From Cladosporium halotolerans (taxonomy: Eukaryota), in assembly GCF_011745625.1 (NCBI RefSeq), contig NW_027191476.1:62001-126000 (forward strand): a stretch of DNA of 64,000 bases, written 5' to 3'. The translations under genes and the position numbers were made by a program. Below are positions 39,101 to 49,559 of the stretch, piece after piece (position 1 is the first letter of the stretch; each line of letters starts with the position of its first letter). The notes beneath the pieces were generated by a model. It was not told the origin of the DNA. It worked only from the letters and a program-made list of their open reading frames with translations, and did not search any database.

Positions 39101-40005
39101 CGGCTCTCGTTCCCATATCAGACAGTGAGCTGTCGACTTTGGCACAGGATCTCGCTGAAGGACAAGAAGAATCCAAAGACTTCGTCGCAGCCGCCACGAT
39201 CCATCTGGACTACCTTGATGACCTGCCCTCTGCGCTCAGGCTTCTCTGCAAGGGCAACCGCTTCGCCGAAGCCATCCGCATTGCAGTACAGCGCAGAAAG
39301 CCAGAGCTCATCGCCGAGGTGATTGACGTGGGCCTCATCGAAAGTTCGGCCTCCATGACGGAGCTCCTGGCGGAGATGAAGACACAGCTGGGTGCGCAGG
39401 TGCCACGACTCCGGGAGCTGCGGCAGAAGAAGGCAGAAGACCCCATGGCGTTCCTCGGCGAGGCCGACGAGGCTGACGGCGACGTGCCCGACAACCTTTC
39501 GCTCGCGCCCTCGGAAGCAACGACATCCGGCGGCACGCTCATGACCAGGTATACGAACCGCAGCACGGGCACACTGGCTACAAATGCTACAAGGAAGACT
39601 TCGAAGAACCGCCGTAGGGAAGAGCGGAAGCGCGCGAAGGGCAAGAAGGGCACGGTTTACGAGGAAGAGTACCTGGTCAACTCTATCGCGAGACTCATCG
39701 AGCGCCTGAACTCCACTAGCGAAGATGTGTCGAGCCTCCTCGAAGGCTTAATGAGGAGGGCTATGCGCGAGCGCGCCGTCGCCGTTGAGGCGGCCATGTC
39801 TGATGTCGTTGAAGCTTGCAAGGCTTGCATGGCGGAGGTGTTTGCAGCGCCTTCGGAGGCTAGTAAGCCTGCGGTGCCCGAAGGAGAGGGCGGCTACAGA
39901 CCTTGGGGTGGACAGGGTGTGCATTGGGAGGCTCTTTCGGCGGCCGGGAAGAAGACGGAAGCGCCAGTATTGAAGGTTTTTGAACGACTCAGTTTGCTCC
40001 ATTAG
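36103..40005 (+). CDS. ELP1: Elongator complex subunit 1 (Iki3)
   Basis: 1300-aa ORF starting MRNLRN with VSVGWGKRETQFQG, SITWRGDG, FFERNGLRHGEF, NYHWYLKQ, QMPRGNLETIYPR and SQKDPKEYLP; basic RKTSKNRRREERKRA segment. Confidence 0.96.
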   Translation: MRNLRNIKHNCFEYPDGAAAKTSWDPSDDSLICAFGPSRNDPLLSLKRLPKDAASPEDALAIASWDAPSPNSDLEVDEVLNLHCFADARTIVLVLKGGDIILVREEPEPGQDLIEIVGSVDAGIAAAAWSPDEELLAIATGGDTMVFMTRDFEGLANVTLSPEDVKVSDHVSVGWGKRETQFQGRGAKALRDPTVPEHVDEGTLRDGEDGRVSITWRGDGQFVAVNGVIKEEPKRRIIRVYSREGVLESVSEPVNYMGHALSWKPTGQLIAGIQHLQDRTDVIFFERNGLRHGEFTLRLSDEQRQAVGDDIQLSWNIDSTVLAVIIGNSVQLWTTGNYHWYLKQEIKLAHPSVSAVWHPEKPLHLACVDGAQLRSLDFAFDIARGPLNPPVDTGLVAVIDGQQLKITPLRAANVPPPMAFDEVDLPSNAVDVAFSATGTEMVVLHETQVSFWRCDYSAKPAKHAEHFKTVEIPEVDGRIPVTRQIVASPERQILITSSTTNEANTTIVAASIDSDDCVTLPATNAVRSIFARSDHRQILCQSNDGGISIANITDGEISLDATEMMLPTACPRVEVWHGTEQEITVGLTASGVLHVLSDFKPLKIPGCTSFSLSPSHLIYTTSQQLLKFIHLHNGELEVPPDEPEKDERCRNVERGAKLVTVMPSAYSLVLQMPRGNLETIYPRALVLAGIRSSINARDYKKAFNICRVQRVDMNILHDYAPQQFMQDIELFVKQVKKTEYIDLVLSSLSEENVAETIYRETLTATVEAPAVNGSALPASSGIEAPSKINSVCDAFISVLQKDRAKHLQSIVTAHVCKSPPDLEAGLQLVSELRKQGNEEQLDQAVDHICFLADPNRLYDTALGLYDLDVTLLVAQQSQKDPKEYLPYLQGLHDLQPLRQRFAIDNDLRRYRKALTHLFELGEFEELKSYVHKHELHGAAMELYRYDKARIYELMGLYADYLSSRNRYQDAGIAYDFVNDYAQAYEAYRSASMWRESLASAALVPISDSELSTLAQDLAEGQEESKDFVAAATIHLDYLDDLPSALRLLCKGNRFAEAIRIAVQRRKPELIAEVIDVGLIESSASMTELLAEMKTQLGAQVPRLRELRQKKAEDPMAFLGEADEADGDVPDNLSLAPSEATTSGGTLMTRYTNRSTGTLATNATRKTSKNRRREERKRAKGKKGTVYEEEYLVNSIARLIERLNSTSEDVSSLLEGLMRRAMRERAVAVEAAMSDVVEACKACMAEVFAAPSEASKPAVPEGEGGYRPWGGQGVHWEALSAAGKKTEAPVLKVFERLSLLH

Positions 40006-40498
40006 ATGGGTTTTAATTTGTTCGGCTGTCTAGGTCTAGCATACAAAGTTTGTATGTCGAATGACGACAAAACGAAAGTCAGTACACTCCCAATTCAGAC
40101 ATCTTCTGGGATTTACCCTTTTTTCTCTTTTTGGTTTTCATTATCTGTATTTCTCCTAACGAGCCAAACAACATCATGGAAAGCCAAAAATAAAGAAGTG
40201 AAGGGAACCGCGTGGTGTATTCGAAGGCATTAACGAGCAAGAAAGTGTATTCCGATAGAACTGTAGCAAAGCCAGCGGATTGTCCTGTGGTCCAGCAACG
40301 TCATTGGCAACGTTAGAGAGAATGCAGCCAGCATAGCGCAGGAGCTGTATTGGCTGCATTCTCTCTAACGTGGTTATTCAATACTGTGCATGATCGCTCG
40401 GTCTCGTGGGAAGAAGGTCCAGTGTTGTCAGAGTGGTTGGAGATTAGACTTAAGGCGATAGTTCCCAGTGCGGAAGTCGTAGAGACCAGTCAGCTTCG

Positions 40499-41299
40499 CT
40501 ATGTCTGAGACTTGGTCTGTTTGCGGATCTTTTTTGCGGCACGTATATTCTTCTGGGAAAAGCTTTTCTTGGCTTGCCGGCGGTACGTCTTGTGTGCGCC
40601 TTTTACGTCGCCTGCGAGATATTTGTCGATAGCTTGATTCGTGGCGTCTCTGCCGACCAGGGTGCACTGGTACTTTTCGTGATCACGCAGATGGTCGCAC
40701 AACTCCCGCCTCACCGCGCTGCGCGACGGGTCTTGTTCGAGGAGCGCGCAGGATCGGAGACAGACTCCGGTAATTTCGAAGTCGGACTCTTTCTGCGCGG
40801 CCGCTTGCGTGCCTTGCGAATTTGCGCCGTAGGCAGACACTACGGAAGCTTCCATGACTGGGCTGATCGACGCATGCCAGGCGTCTGGTGCGACTGGCAT
40901 GAGTGCCTGCGGGGTCTGATTGTTTGCAAGGCCGTCGTGCAGAGGGATTGGCGGAAGAGGAAATGGTGATCCTGCCAGCGAGGGCCCCTGGGATGTGCCC
41001 GGTGATGGCATTGGCGGGGAAGATGTGGCTTTCACTGGTGGATTCCAGAAATTGGTAGCCGGTGCTGACAGCGGAGACAACAGATTGCCATCCACCGCGT
41101 AGCCATTGCCAAGCAGAAATGTATCATCGAAATTGAAGCCATTATCGAAGTCAAGCGGCGTCTGAAGATAGCCATTCTGCTCAGCCATCTGGGGCATAGG
41201 ATTTTGATCGTTCACCAGGGCAAAGTCGCCATCCAAGCCCAGTGGCATATCTTGGTAGACAAAGACCATGTTGTCTAGCATCGGCATTTGCGCCATCAT
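40499..41299 (-). CDS. Hypothetical protein (266 aa), acidic/Pro-rich N-terminus and basic C-terminus
   Basis: ATG-initiated long ORF with protein-like composition; no recognised family. Confidence 0.5.
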   Translation of the reverse strand: MMAQMPMLDNMVFVYQDMPLGLDGDFALVNDQNPMPQMAEQNGYLQTPLDFDNGFNFDDTFLLGNGYAVDGNLLSPLSAPATNFWNPPVKATSSPPMPSPGTSQGPSLAGSPFPLPPIPLHDGLANNQTPQALMPVAPDAWHASISPVMEASVVSAYGANSQGTQAAAQKESDFEITGVCLRSCALLEQDPSRSAVRRELCDHLRDHEKYQCTLVGRDATNQAIDKYLAGDVKGAHKTYRRQAKKSFSQKNIRAAKKIRKQTKSQT

Positions 41300-42507
41300 G
41301 CTTCAGGTAATTGCGTGAATCGGTACGACTCCCGGGCGTCTGGATTTGCTTGGTTGCTGGCTACTCAGAGATGTATTGTGATCCCGGTGTTGCCCTATGG
41401 TCTTGATGGCAAGCGATCGAATACATTTCGCAGTACTTGAAGGGCGAAACAGACAGGCAAAAAAGTTTAGAGTTGGCGAAACACCGAGTTTGTCCTATAG
41501 TCAGCTTATTTTTGTCCTCATGATGTCCTCATACCAACCTTGTTTCTAACGACGGTTTTGCGGTCTCCAATCTGTGAAGCGCAAATGGCTTTCCAAGATT
41601 ATCCTGAGATACGCCAATGGACCATGGTGATATAGTCATGAGTCCATTTGCACCGTTTTGGGCATGTTTCCAGACCAATGGCCGTGGGTTCAACAGAAAC
41701 GCAATGACAAAGGCACACCGTGGAAGCCTACCTGTCGCTGACTAACGATCACTATAGAGAGCCTGTAATCAAGGCGCGGTCTTGCTGAAATTGAAAGGTA
41801 TCCTTCCAATGGGAGGCTACCATGATTGATAGGCACACCGAAAGTTGGCGGTGCAGGGTACGCCGTAGTGGGTCGTCATATCCTCACGTCGGAGTCTGAT
41901 TCTCCGCATACCTGACCATTAGCAACCTAAGAATCCACCGAGTTCTGGCATGCTCGAACAGATTGAAGCAAGTCGATGGTCACTCAGTGTGAATGGGATG
42001 ATACCAGTCCTAGATGTCATGATCGTTATGGGCGGCTGCAGTGACACGTAAGTCCTTCGGGACGAATGCTGTTGAGCGATTTCCAAAATCCCAACGGTGT
42101 CGAGCCAGCAGCAGCCAGATCCGTCGAATCTTGCCAGTATCGCTTTCTAATCTCTTCTAGAGAAGTAGTGAAGTGAATGTGAGGTCGAAGTTGCCGCGCC
42201 AAGGCTGCAGTCGAGGCATCGGCACGGGCGCTTCCGCAAGCCGCCGGCAATCGGTGCAGCGCCAACATCCTGGGGTGACACGCGAGTGGGCTCGATCCTC
42301 TCGATTGCAGACAGGGCAGTTTGCGCGAGGACCGCGCTTCGAAGAAACGCCAGCCGACCACACGACTTTGCATGTGACGGAGCTGGAGCTGGACGAACAC
42401 ACCATACCAGACACGAAGCATCGACGTAGAAGGCGGCACGCAGCGACGTCGCCTCCCTGGCTGAATCAGCCATCAGCCACCTCCATCAGCAAACGCCGTC
42501 TCCTGGC

Positions 42508-42531
42508 ATGGGAGAGGTCGAGGCAGCATGA
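42508..42531 (+). promoter_or_regulatory. Upstream ORF (MGEVEAA*) overlapping the LST8 start codon (ATGA)
   Basis: ATG GGA GAG GTC GAG GCA GCA TGA; the TGA (42529-42531) overlaps the LST8 ATG at 42528. Confidence 0.5.
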
Positions 42532-44076
42532 GTGTCATTCTTTGCACGGGTCAGTGTTCTCCTCAGGCATGTGTTGAAGACTTCCACTAACGTGCTTCAA
42601 GCGGGCTATGACCACACAATCAGGTAGGTTTATTATCAGCCAAATTGTTTCTTTCAATCTACGGACAAAGGATCCGTGGTTGCACGACATGCGCGAGCTC
42701 TTATATACACGGCCCTGGATCTTCAATTCGCGCATTTGGGTTTTCATACGCTTTTGGGGCCCGAGCACGGTGTATTCTTCAACGAGAACGACGGAAGTGA
42801 CGGCCGGCCTCCTCTTGCAATTGGCTTTTTACCGCTTGCGAGAGACCGCATGTCTCGAACTAGAGGTTTCCTGGAATGTTTGGAATGCTTCGTCGACGGA
42901 CAAGATCCAACAATTGATGCTGAAGGATCGCGACGCTCGATGCAGTTGACCTCAGGAAGACATTGCAACTACCGGTCTCGCCCATGTATCGCACAGGAAT
43001 TCAGGCTTCCTCCCTCGGCAACTTTTGGAGCTGTATGCAGTCAACGCGACAGTTGCTGATCAGCTTGTCTATCTAGATTCTGGGAAGCCCTGAGCGGCAT
43101 CTGCTCAAGAACAATCCCTCACCCCGATTCGCAGGTGAATCGCCTATGCATTTCACCAGACAAGAGATTTCTGGCAGCAGCCGGTCACCACACTGTCAAG
43201 CTATACGACATCAGATCAACAAATCCCGCCGCTGTCCTCACATTTGAGGGTCACACGGGGAATATCACAGGCGTCGCATTCCACTGCGAAGGCAAATGGA
43301 TGGTAACAAGCTCTGAAGATGGTGAATCACGCTATACCCATGCACAATCTGAAGGCTACTGACATCAGCGAACAGGGACCGTCAAAATCTGGGACACACG
43401 CAGTGGGCACATCCAGCGCAACTACTCGCACGGCGTGCCCGTCAACGACGTCGTCATCCACCCCAACCAAGGCGAACTAATCTCCTGCGATCGCGGCGGC
43501 AACGTGCGCATCTGGGACCTCGGCGAGAACAAATGCAGCCACCAGCTCGTGCCCGAAGACGACAAGTCCGTGGCCTCCGTGACCGTCGCCACCGACGGCT
43601 CCCTCCTCTGCGCAGCCGTCAGCAACAGCGTGCACGGCTCCGTCTTCGTCTGGCGCCTCGTCACCGTCCGCGACGTCACAACCCTCATCCCGGTAACCAA
43701 ATACCGCGCCCATGGCACCTACATCACGCGCGTGCTCCTCTCCCCAGACGTCCGACACCTCGCGACCTGCAGCGCGGACCACACGGCGCGAATCTGGCAA
43801 GTGGACCTGGAGCGCGCCCAAAAGGCCGCCCTGAACTCCGACGGCAACGGCACCGGCGAAGACGAGGGCTTCGAGCTGGAGCAGGAGCTGGACGGGCACC
43901 AGCGGTGGGTGTGGGACTGCGCGTTCAGCGCGGACTCGGCGTACCTGGTCACCGCGTGCTCGGACCACTACGCGCGGCTGTGGGAGTTGCAGAGCAAGCT
44001 GATTATCCGTCAGTACAACGGGCACCATCGCGGGGCGGTGTGCGTTGCGCTTAATGACTATTCGGAGACGCGGTGA
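42528..44076 (+). CDS. LST8: TOR complex subunit Lst8 (WD40); exons 42528-42549, 42602-42623, 43077-43321, 43376-44076
   Basis: Spliced N-terminus [61 protein letters not shown] and GHHRGAVCVALND. Confidence 0.95.
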
Positions 44077-44558
44077 GCAGTTGCTGGGCTGGGGAGGTGA
44101 CGGGGGGCTTCCTCGCATGGGCGCTGGCGTGTGATGGAGTTTTGGGGCGTTTTAGTTTCATTTCTGGGGCAGGGCCGGTTTGGCTGGGTGCGGAGATGAT
44201 TGCGAGGGTTTCGGCGGCCCGCGTGCGTCAGGATGTATTCGGAGTAGCCATACTGCAAGCAAAATGACAAGTGTATCGAAATTGATGAATTAGTCTGTTG
44301 CGCCCAATCGGAGTGTTTGTGGGGGCCCAACTTCGTGATGTACGTGGCATAGATGCGCTGATTCCTTCAGAACTCAGTCAGGGCACGTCCTTGACGGAGA
44401 TAAAGGTAATGTCAAGCGCTAATAAGCGTACAAACAGGAACAAAAAGAGGTGACGTGAAGGAATTTGGCATCTATACATGACAGCGTTGAAAGTCTAAAA
44501 GGTGGCGGCGACGTCTCCTCGCCCATTTCTACCCAACCTATATAATCTTTTCTCTACT

Positions 44559-46501
44559 CTACTTGCCCTCACCAGGCTTGTAAGCAGCATCGTGGGAAGC
44601 GATGGCGCGGCCGGAGGGGTCGGTCTGCTTGCTCCAGGTGGGCGTCCACCTCTCGACGGTGCCGGCGCACTGGGGCGGGAAGTGCTCGTCGAACATGCAG
44701 CGGTACCAGTAGGCCTCCTTGGAGTCGGGGATGTCGTCGCCCCAGTGGGGCTTGTCCTTGCGGATGGTGGCCTCGACCATCTGCTCGTCGGTGACCATCT
44801 TCTTGGCCTCGTCCTTGAGGCCGTCGATCCAGCCGTAGCCGACGCCGTCGGAGAACTGCTCCTTCTGTCGCCACAGGATGTGGTCGGGGAGGTAGGGCTT
44901 GGCGCCGGGCTCGCCGGTGGTGTCGAAGGCCTTGCGCATGATGTACTTCTCGATGCGGCCCTGGTCCTTCTTGATCAGCTTCTCCTCGGGGTCGATGTTC
45001 ATAGCGACGTCGAGGAACTCCTTGTCGAGGAAGGGAACGCGGGCTTCGACACCCCATGCGGAGGTGGACTTGTTGGCGCGCAGGCAGTCGGCCAAGTGCA
45101 GGTTCTTGACCCTACGCACGGTCTCCTCGTGGAAGGCCTTCTTGTCGGGCGCGTTGTGGAAGTAGAGGTAGCCACCGAAGGCCTCGTCAGAGCCCTCGCC
45201 AGAAAGGACCATCTTGACACCCATGGCCTTGATCTTGCGGGAGAGCAGGAACATGGGTGTTGAGGCGCGGATGGTGGTGACGTCGTAAGACTCGAGGTGG
45301 AAAATGACATCGTAAAGGGCGTCCAGACCTTCCTGGATGGTGAAAGTCATGGAGTGGTGCTTGGTGCCGAGGAAACGGGCCACCTCGGCGGCAGCGACGC
45401 CGTCGGGAGAGCCGGGCAGACCGATGGAGAAACTGTTGAGCTGCGAGAGAAGGGGAATGGAGTTGAGGTGGTAGTTTTCGTCAATACCAGAAAGCTCCTC
45501 AGGCTGCGCCGTGGTGCCGTTCATAATTCCAGGGTTGAGGGGGCTACCGTAGGCGGTAGGAGTGTTTGCGCCGGACTCCCTGATCTGCTTCGCGTACTCG
45601 CGCTGCAGTCTCAGAGTCTCGCGCTGGGCAATGGAAGCAACGAGCGAGCTATCCAAACCACCAGAGAGAAGGACACCATAAGGAACCTCAGCCATCAGTC
45701 TCTTTCTTACGGAGCGCTCGAAAGTCTCTCTCAAAAGCTTGTAGTCGATCGGGTTGGTGGGGACGTTGGAGGGCTCAACTAGCCACTTGGGGTTGTAGTA
45801 GCGGGTGAGGGAGTCGGTCTTGCTGTCGTAGACGTGGCCAGGAGGGAAGCTCTGAATGGAGTCGCAGACGGGGTGGAGGCACTTCAGCTCAGAGGCGAAG
45901 TAGACGGCGCCGGGAGTCTGCGAGGAACGGCCCATGTAGAAAGTGGTGATGCCGATAGGGTCTCTGGCGGCGATGACGCGGTCGAGCTTCTTGTCGTGCA
46001 GGACCCAGCTGAACATGCCGTCGAGGTATTTGGGGGTATCGATTCCATGCTCTTGGTACAGGGGAATGATGACCTCGCAGTCGGACAAGCTCTTGAAAGG
46101 GTAGGTTTTTGAGAGCTGCTTGCGGAGGATCTTGTGGTTGTAGATCTCACCGTTGACGGCGAGGGAGACGGTCTCATCGTCGCTGACGATAGGCTGGGCG
46201 CCAGACTCTGAGAGACGTTAGCATCCATGTTGCGATTGAGTACCAATTGGCGATTTCTGGTGCTCTCCACATACCGACACCGACGATGCTCAAGCGCTCG
46301 TGGACGAGGATGGTGTTGTTGGCGATGTGGTTGCCGCTCCAATCCGGGCCGCGGTGCTTGACCTGCTTGCCCATGCGAATGGCCGTGGGCCTGAACTTCT
46401 GCACATCGGGATGGCTGGAGGTGGCAGTTGGTCAGCGCATTTCAATGGGCGGCGGTGGAGGGCGCAGCGGCGTACCTGTGACACGCGAAAATACCACACA
46501 T
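44559..46501 (-). CDS. ASN1: Asparagine synthetase, glutamine-hydrolysing; introns 46415-46475, 46208-46274
   Basis: MCGIF Ntn start, [31 protein letters not shown] and [12 protein letters not shown]. Confidence 0.96.
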
Positions 46502-46611
46502 CTTGCCGGTGTGTTTGGGGGGTGTTGCTGCTGTGTGGACTCGGAGAGCACAGAAAAACGTGACTCTCGGCGTTTATGTACAGGTACACAGGGCGTCGGC
46601 GGCGCAATAAT

Positions 46612-46620
46612 ATGAGTCAA
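46612..46620 (-). promoter_or_regulatory. Gcn4/CpcA cross-pathway response element (TGACTCA) upstream of asparagine synthetase
   Basis: ATGAGTCAA on the + strand is TTGACTCAT on the gene strand, ~110 bp upstream of the ATG; partial sites at 46561 and 46638. Confidence 0.7.
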
Positions 46621-47171
46621 GCAATCCCGCAGTCGTCGTGAGTCGCACACACCAAGCCCCGCGCCACGCCCCCAAAGTTCTCAGATATTTGTCCCGCGCG
46701 CGCCGACTATCGGCCCCTTATCGGCGCCCACGCGCGATAAGCCGGCGGGCCGGCGCGCAGACAGTGCCGCGCCGCCTGCCGCACTCGTCCGCCCGCCTCT
46801 GCGATTCCTTCCTGCAGGCGTCCGAGCGCTAGCGAACGCTTGGTCGGTGGGTGCGGGCGTGTTTACTGGAGGGTCGCAAGGGCAACGCTCCATTGTGAAC
46901 ACCAGACCACCCCTCATTGTTATCTGCCACTCTTCGCCTGCTCTGCAGACCACCTTATTCTACGCATTGCCACCTCTCTGGACCCCTGGCCATTTCTAGT
47001 CAGCCCACTTCAGGCTTCCAGGGAAAAACTCGCGGGCGACGTCGTCACCTAGGCCGTGCCTGGCTAGATCGGCTTACTGGCCGCGCACGACAACGTCCAC
47101 GAGGGTGCACTTCTTCCACCGCAGCATGTCGTAGCTGCTCGTTCGTCACATTCATACCTTACTCTCTCACC

Positions 47172-49559
47172 ATGCGATCCGCCCTTGCGTCTGTCACCCA
47201 CCGCCGAGGCGCGAGGTCTAGGAGCAACTCCCTCACAACCGTACCACCTGCGCAAAACTCTACCGACTTCGATCCCCAACTCGCCTCACTAGCTGCTTCG
47301 ATCATACACAAATCTCCTCTGCCGTCCGAAGCCGGGCTTCCAGTCTACATTGTCAATGCTGCCGCTTTCCCCGATGCTTCCGAGGTCGACTATAACAGCC
47401 TCCTGCCCTACGTGCTCGCAAGACTACCCGAGGAGGACGAACTTATAAGCGGGACTGAATATGAGATCATCTTCTTCGCAGGTGGTCAGCCGGAAGGTGC
47501 CACGACAGAGAAAAAGCAGGGACCCGGAGTGGGCTGGTATTTGCAAGCGTACCAGGTGCTTAGCAGAGCAACACGGAAGAAGCTACAGAAGCTCTACATC
47601 GTCCACCCGAGGACATGGGTGCGGGTGCTCGTGAACGTGTTCGGCACCGTTGTGTCACCGAAGTTCAGGCGCAAGATCGTACATGTCAACACTCTCACTG
47701 GGCTGGCTATGCTCATACCAATTGAGAGGCTGCTCATCCCTCCCGTTGTGTATGTACATGACAGGAAATTATGTCCGGATATCGACGTGCCCTATGCCAG
47801 CGGCCGGCGTGCGTTCACGGCGAACCACCCTCTGCCCACGAATCCAGAGTCTGGCAAGTCCAGATTACCACGAGTTCTTCGAGAAACCACCAGCTTCATC
47901 CTCCTGCCAGTAAACGTGAGAACTGAAGGCTTGTTTCGAATCCCACCGCATACGGTGCTCACGGGAGTTTTGAGGGAAGCTTATGACAGGGGGCAGATGT
48001 ACATCATCTGGAAAGAGGTCGGCGCAACTTTCGTGGAGCCTGGTGTGGACCCGGCCCTGGTGAGCGAAGTCAAGATTGAGGACGCATACGGTGTGCATTC
48101 TGCCGCCTCTCTCATCAAGACATGGTATCGGGAGCTTCGGGACCCGATCTTCCCAGAGTCAAGTTACTCCATCATACGTGAACAATTCGGGAGCCCGGAC
48201 GTTCAGATTACACTCGAAGATCTCGAGAGTATGCTCTCCTTGAACTCCAAGCAGTCGCCTTTGAGCGTGACTAGCCGAGAGATCCTCCTCAGACATTTGC
48301 TTCCTTTACTATCGACGGTGGCGGCCCGTGAGCCAGAGAACAAGATGGATGCAAACAACCTGGCCATCTGCTTTGCCATGACGTTGGTATGCGGCTCGAA
48401 CCAGCTCGAAGATGCCAAAATGACAAGCGTGATCCGACGAATCTTGCAAGTGGCCATCGAATCCTGGAAAGAACTGCAACAGCGACTGGGCATTGGTAGC
48501 GACGACTTCTGGAAGGATATCCAGGCTCCTCGTGATGCCAAGGAATACGAAGATCCCCTGGACGAACCTAGGTCAAAGCAGCAATTCGCGGAACACTCAG
48601 CGGACGATGGAAGCCACAAAGTACACCTCCTCGATGCAGAATCTCCGACTGGCGATGATTATATCGAATTGGAACGAGCGCCGACATTACCACCTCGACC
48701 GCTCGGGCGATCCGTTTCTGCCTACTCGTCCAGTAGGCCACGGGAAGAACGCCATCCTCCCATACCAAAGCGCAAGCCGGCACCCGAGCCACCTCGCTAT
48801 TCCACACTGTTTGGCGACAACGAGAAGGTTTCGCCAGTCGGAAACTCACCAGATGGGTACACGTCTGCGGATAGCCTGACACATGGCTCACTGCAATCTC
48901 ATGGATATGGCATAGATGAGAAGAAAGCACATGCCATGCCCGCTGCCGAGTTGCACCATCTTGAGGTGCCCAAACGAAAGGCGCTGGTAAGTCACCATGA
49001 CGACGGGCTCGCGTCAGGCGTAGCAAGGAGCGCCTCTGCAGCAACCTCCGCGCATCTCGCGCATCTAGCTGCGCAACGAGCATCGTCCGCTTCGTCACAA
49101 GGGTCGTCTATTCCAGAGCCAATGTCCGCACCAGGCGCATTTCAGGAGAATGAAAAGGCGCAGACGAATGACGAGACGGTCTTCCGCAAACCGGTCTGGC
49201 CAGCGTCGCGGGCTAATCAGCAAGGCATCCCGACCCTTGCGAAGCCGATCATCCCTCATCGTCCGCGGTCTCACGAGCCAACCTCGATAGCGATGCTCTC
49301 CGCTTCCGACGAATTCAGGAACGGCATGCCCAAGCTCAGATCGACCAGCACTGGCATCGTGAAACGAATGGCTTCCATGGAGTCGGCCAACGGCAGCTCG
49401 CAGCATGGCAACACACTGCAGCCGAGCAAGTTGAATCTTCGGAAGGCAAGCGTGGATGACCTCAGGCGAATTTATGAAGACCGGGCTAGCGCAGCGGAAA
49501 CTCTTGTGGCGGCGGGTAGGAGGAGTAGTCACAACTCGCAGGGCAGTGGTGCTGTGTGA
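47172..49559 (+). CDS. ECM25: RhoGAP with N-terminal CRAL-TRIO/BCH-like domain (Ecm25-like)
   Basis: RKKLQKLYIVH..W..VSPKFRRKIVHV (BCH), TEGLFRIPP arginine finger, ENKMDANNLAICFA; long disordered C-terminus. Confidence 0.8.
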   Translation: MRSALASVTHRRGARSRSNSLTTVPPAQNSTDFDPQLASLAASIIHKSPLPSEAGLPVYIVNAAAFPDASEVDYNSLLPYVLARLPEEDELISGTEYEIIFFAGGQPEGATTEKKQGPGVGWYLQAYQVLSRATRKKLQKLYIVHPRTWVRVLVNVFGTVVSPKFRRKIVHVNTLTGLAMLIPIERLLIPPVVYVHDRKLCPDIDVPYASGRRAFTANHPLPTNPESGKSRLPRVLRETTSFILLPVNVRTEGLFRIPPHTVLTGVLREAYDRGQMYIIWKEVGATFVEPGVDPALVSEVKIEDAYGVHSAASLIKTWYRELRDPIFPESSYSIIREQFGSPDVQITLEDLESMLSLNSKQSPLSVTSREILLRHLLPLLSTVAAREPENKMDANNLAICFAMTLVCGSNQLEDAKMTSVIRRILQVAIESWKELQQRLGIGSDDFWKDIQAPRDAKEYEDPLDEPRSKQQFAEHSADDGSHKVHLLDAESPTGDDYIELERAPTLPPRPLGRSVSAYSSSRPREERHPPIPKRKPAPEPPRYSTLFGDNEKVSPVGNSPDGYTSADSLTHGSLQSHGYGIDEKKAHAMPAAELHHLEVPKRKALVSHHDDGLASGVARSASAATSAHLAHLAAQRASSASSQGSSIPEPMSAPGAFQENEKAQTNDETVFRKPVWPASRANQQGIPTLAKPIIPHRPRSHEPTSIAMLSASDEFRNGMPKLRSTSTGIVKRMASMESANGSSQHGNTLQPSKLNLRKASVDDLRRIYEDRASAAETLVAAGRRSSHNSQGSGAV

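Noticed and set aside
31970..40005. PPCDC-GRX5-COX8-ELP1 as a functional Fe-S/tRNA-modification cluster
   Set aside because: Ordinary housekeeping neighbours with no shared motif seen; adjacency alone is not evidence.
42990..43010. ACAGGAATTCAGGCTT as an RNase P/MRP CR-V motif
   Set aside because: No complementary CR-I/P4 partner found upstream.
42608..43059. ORFs inside the long LST8 intron as a nested gene or homing endonuclease
   Set aside because: Short, no recognisable motifs, atypical codon usage; the intron has spliceosomal signals.
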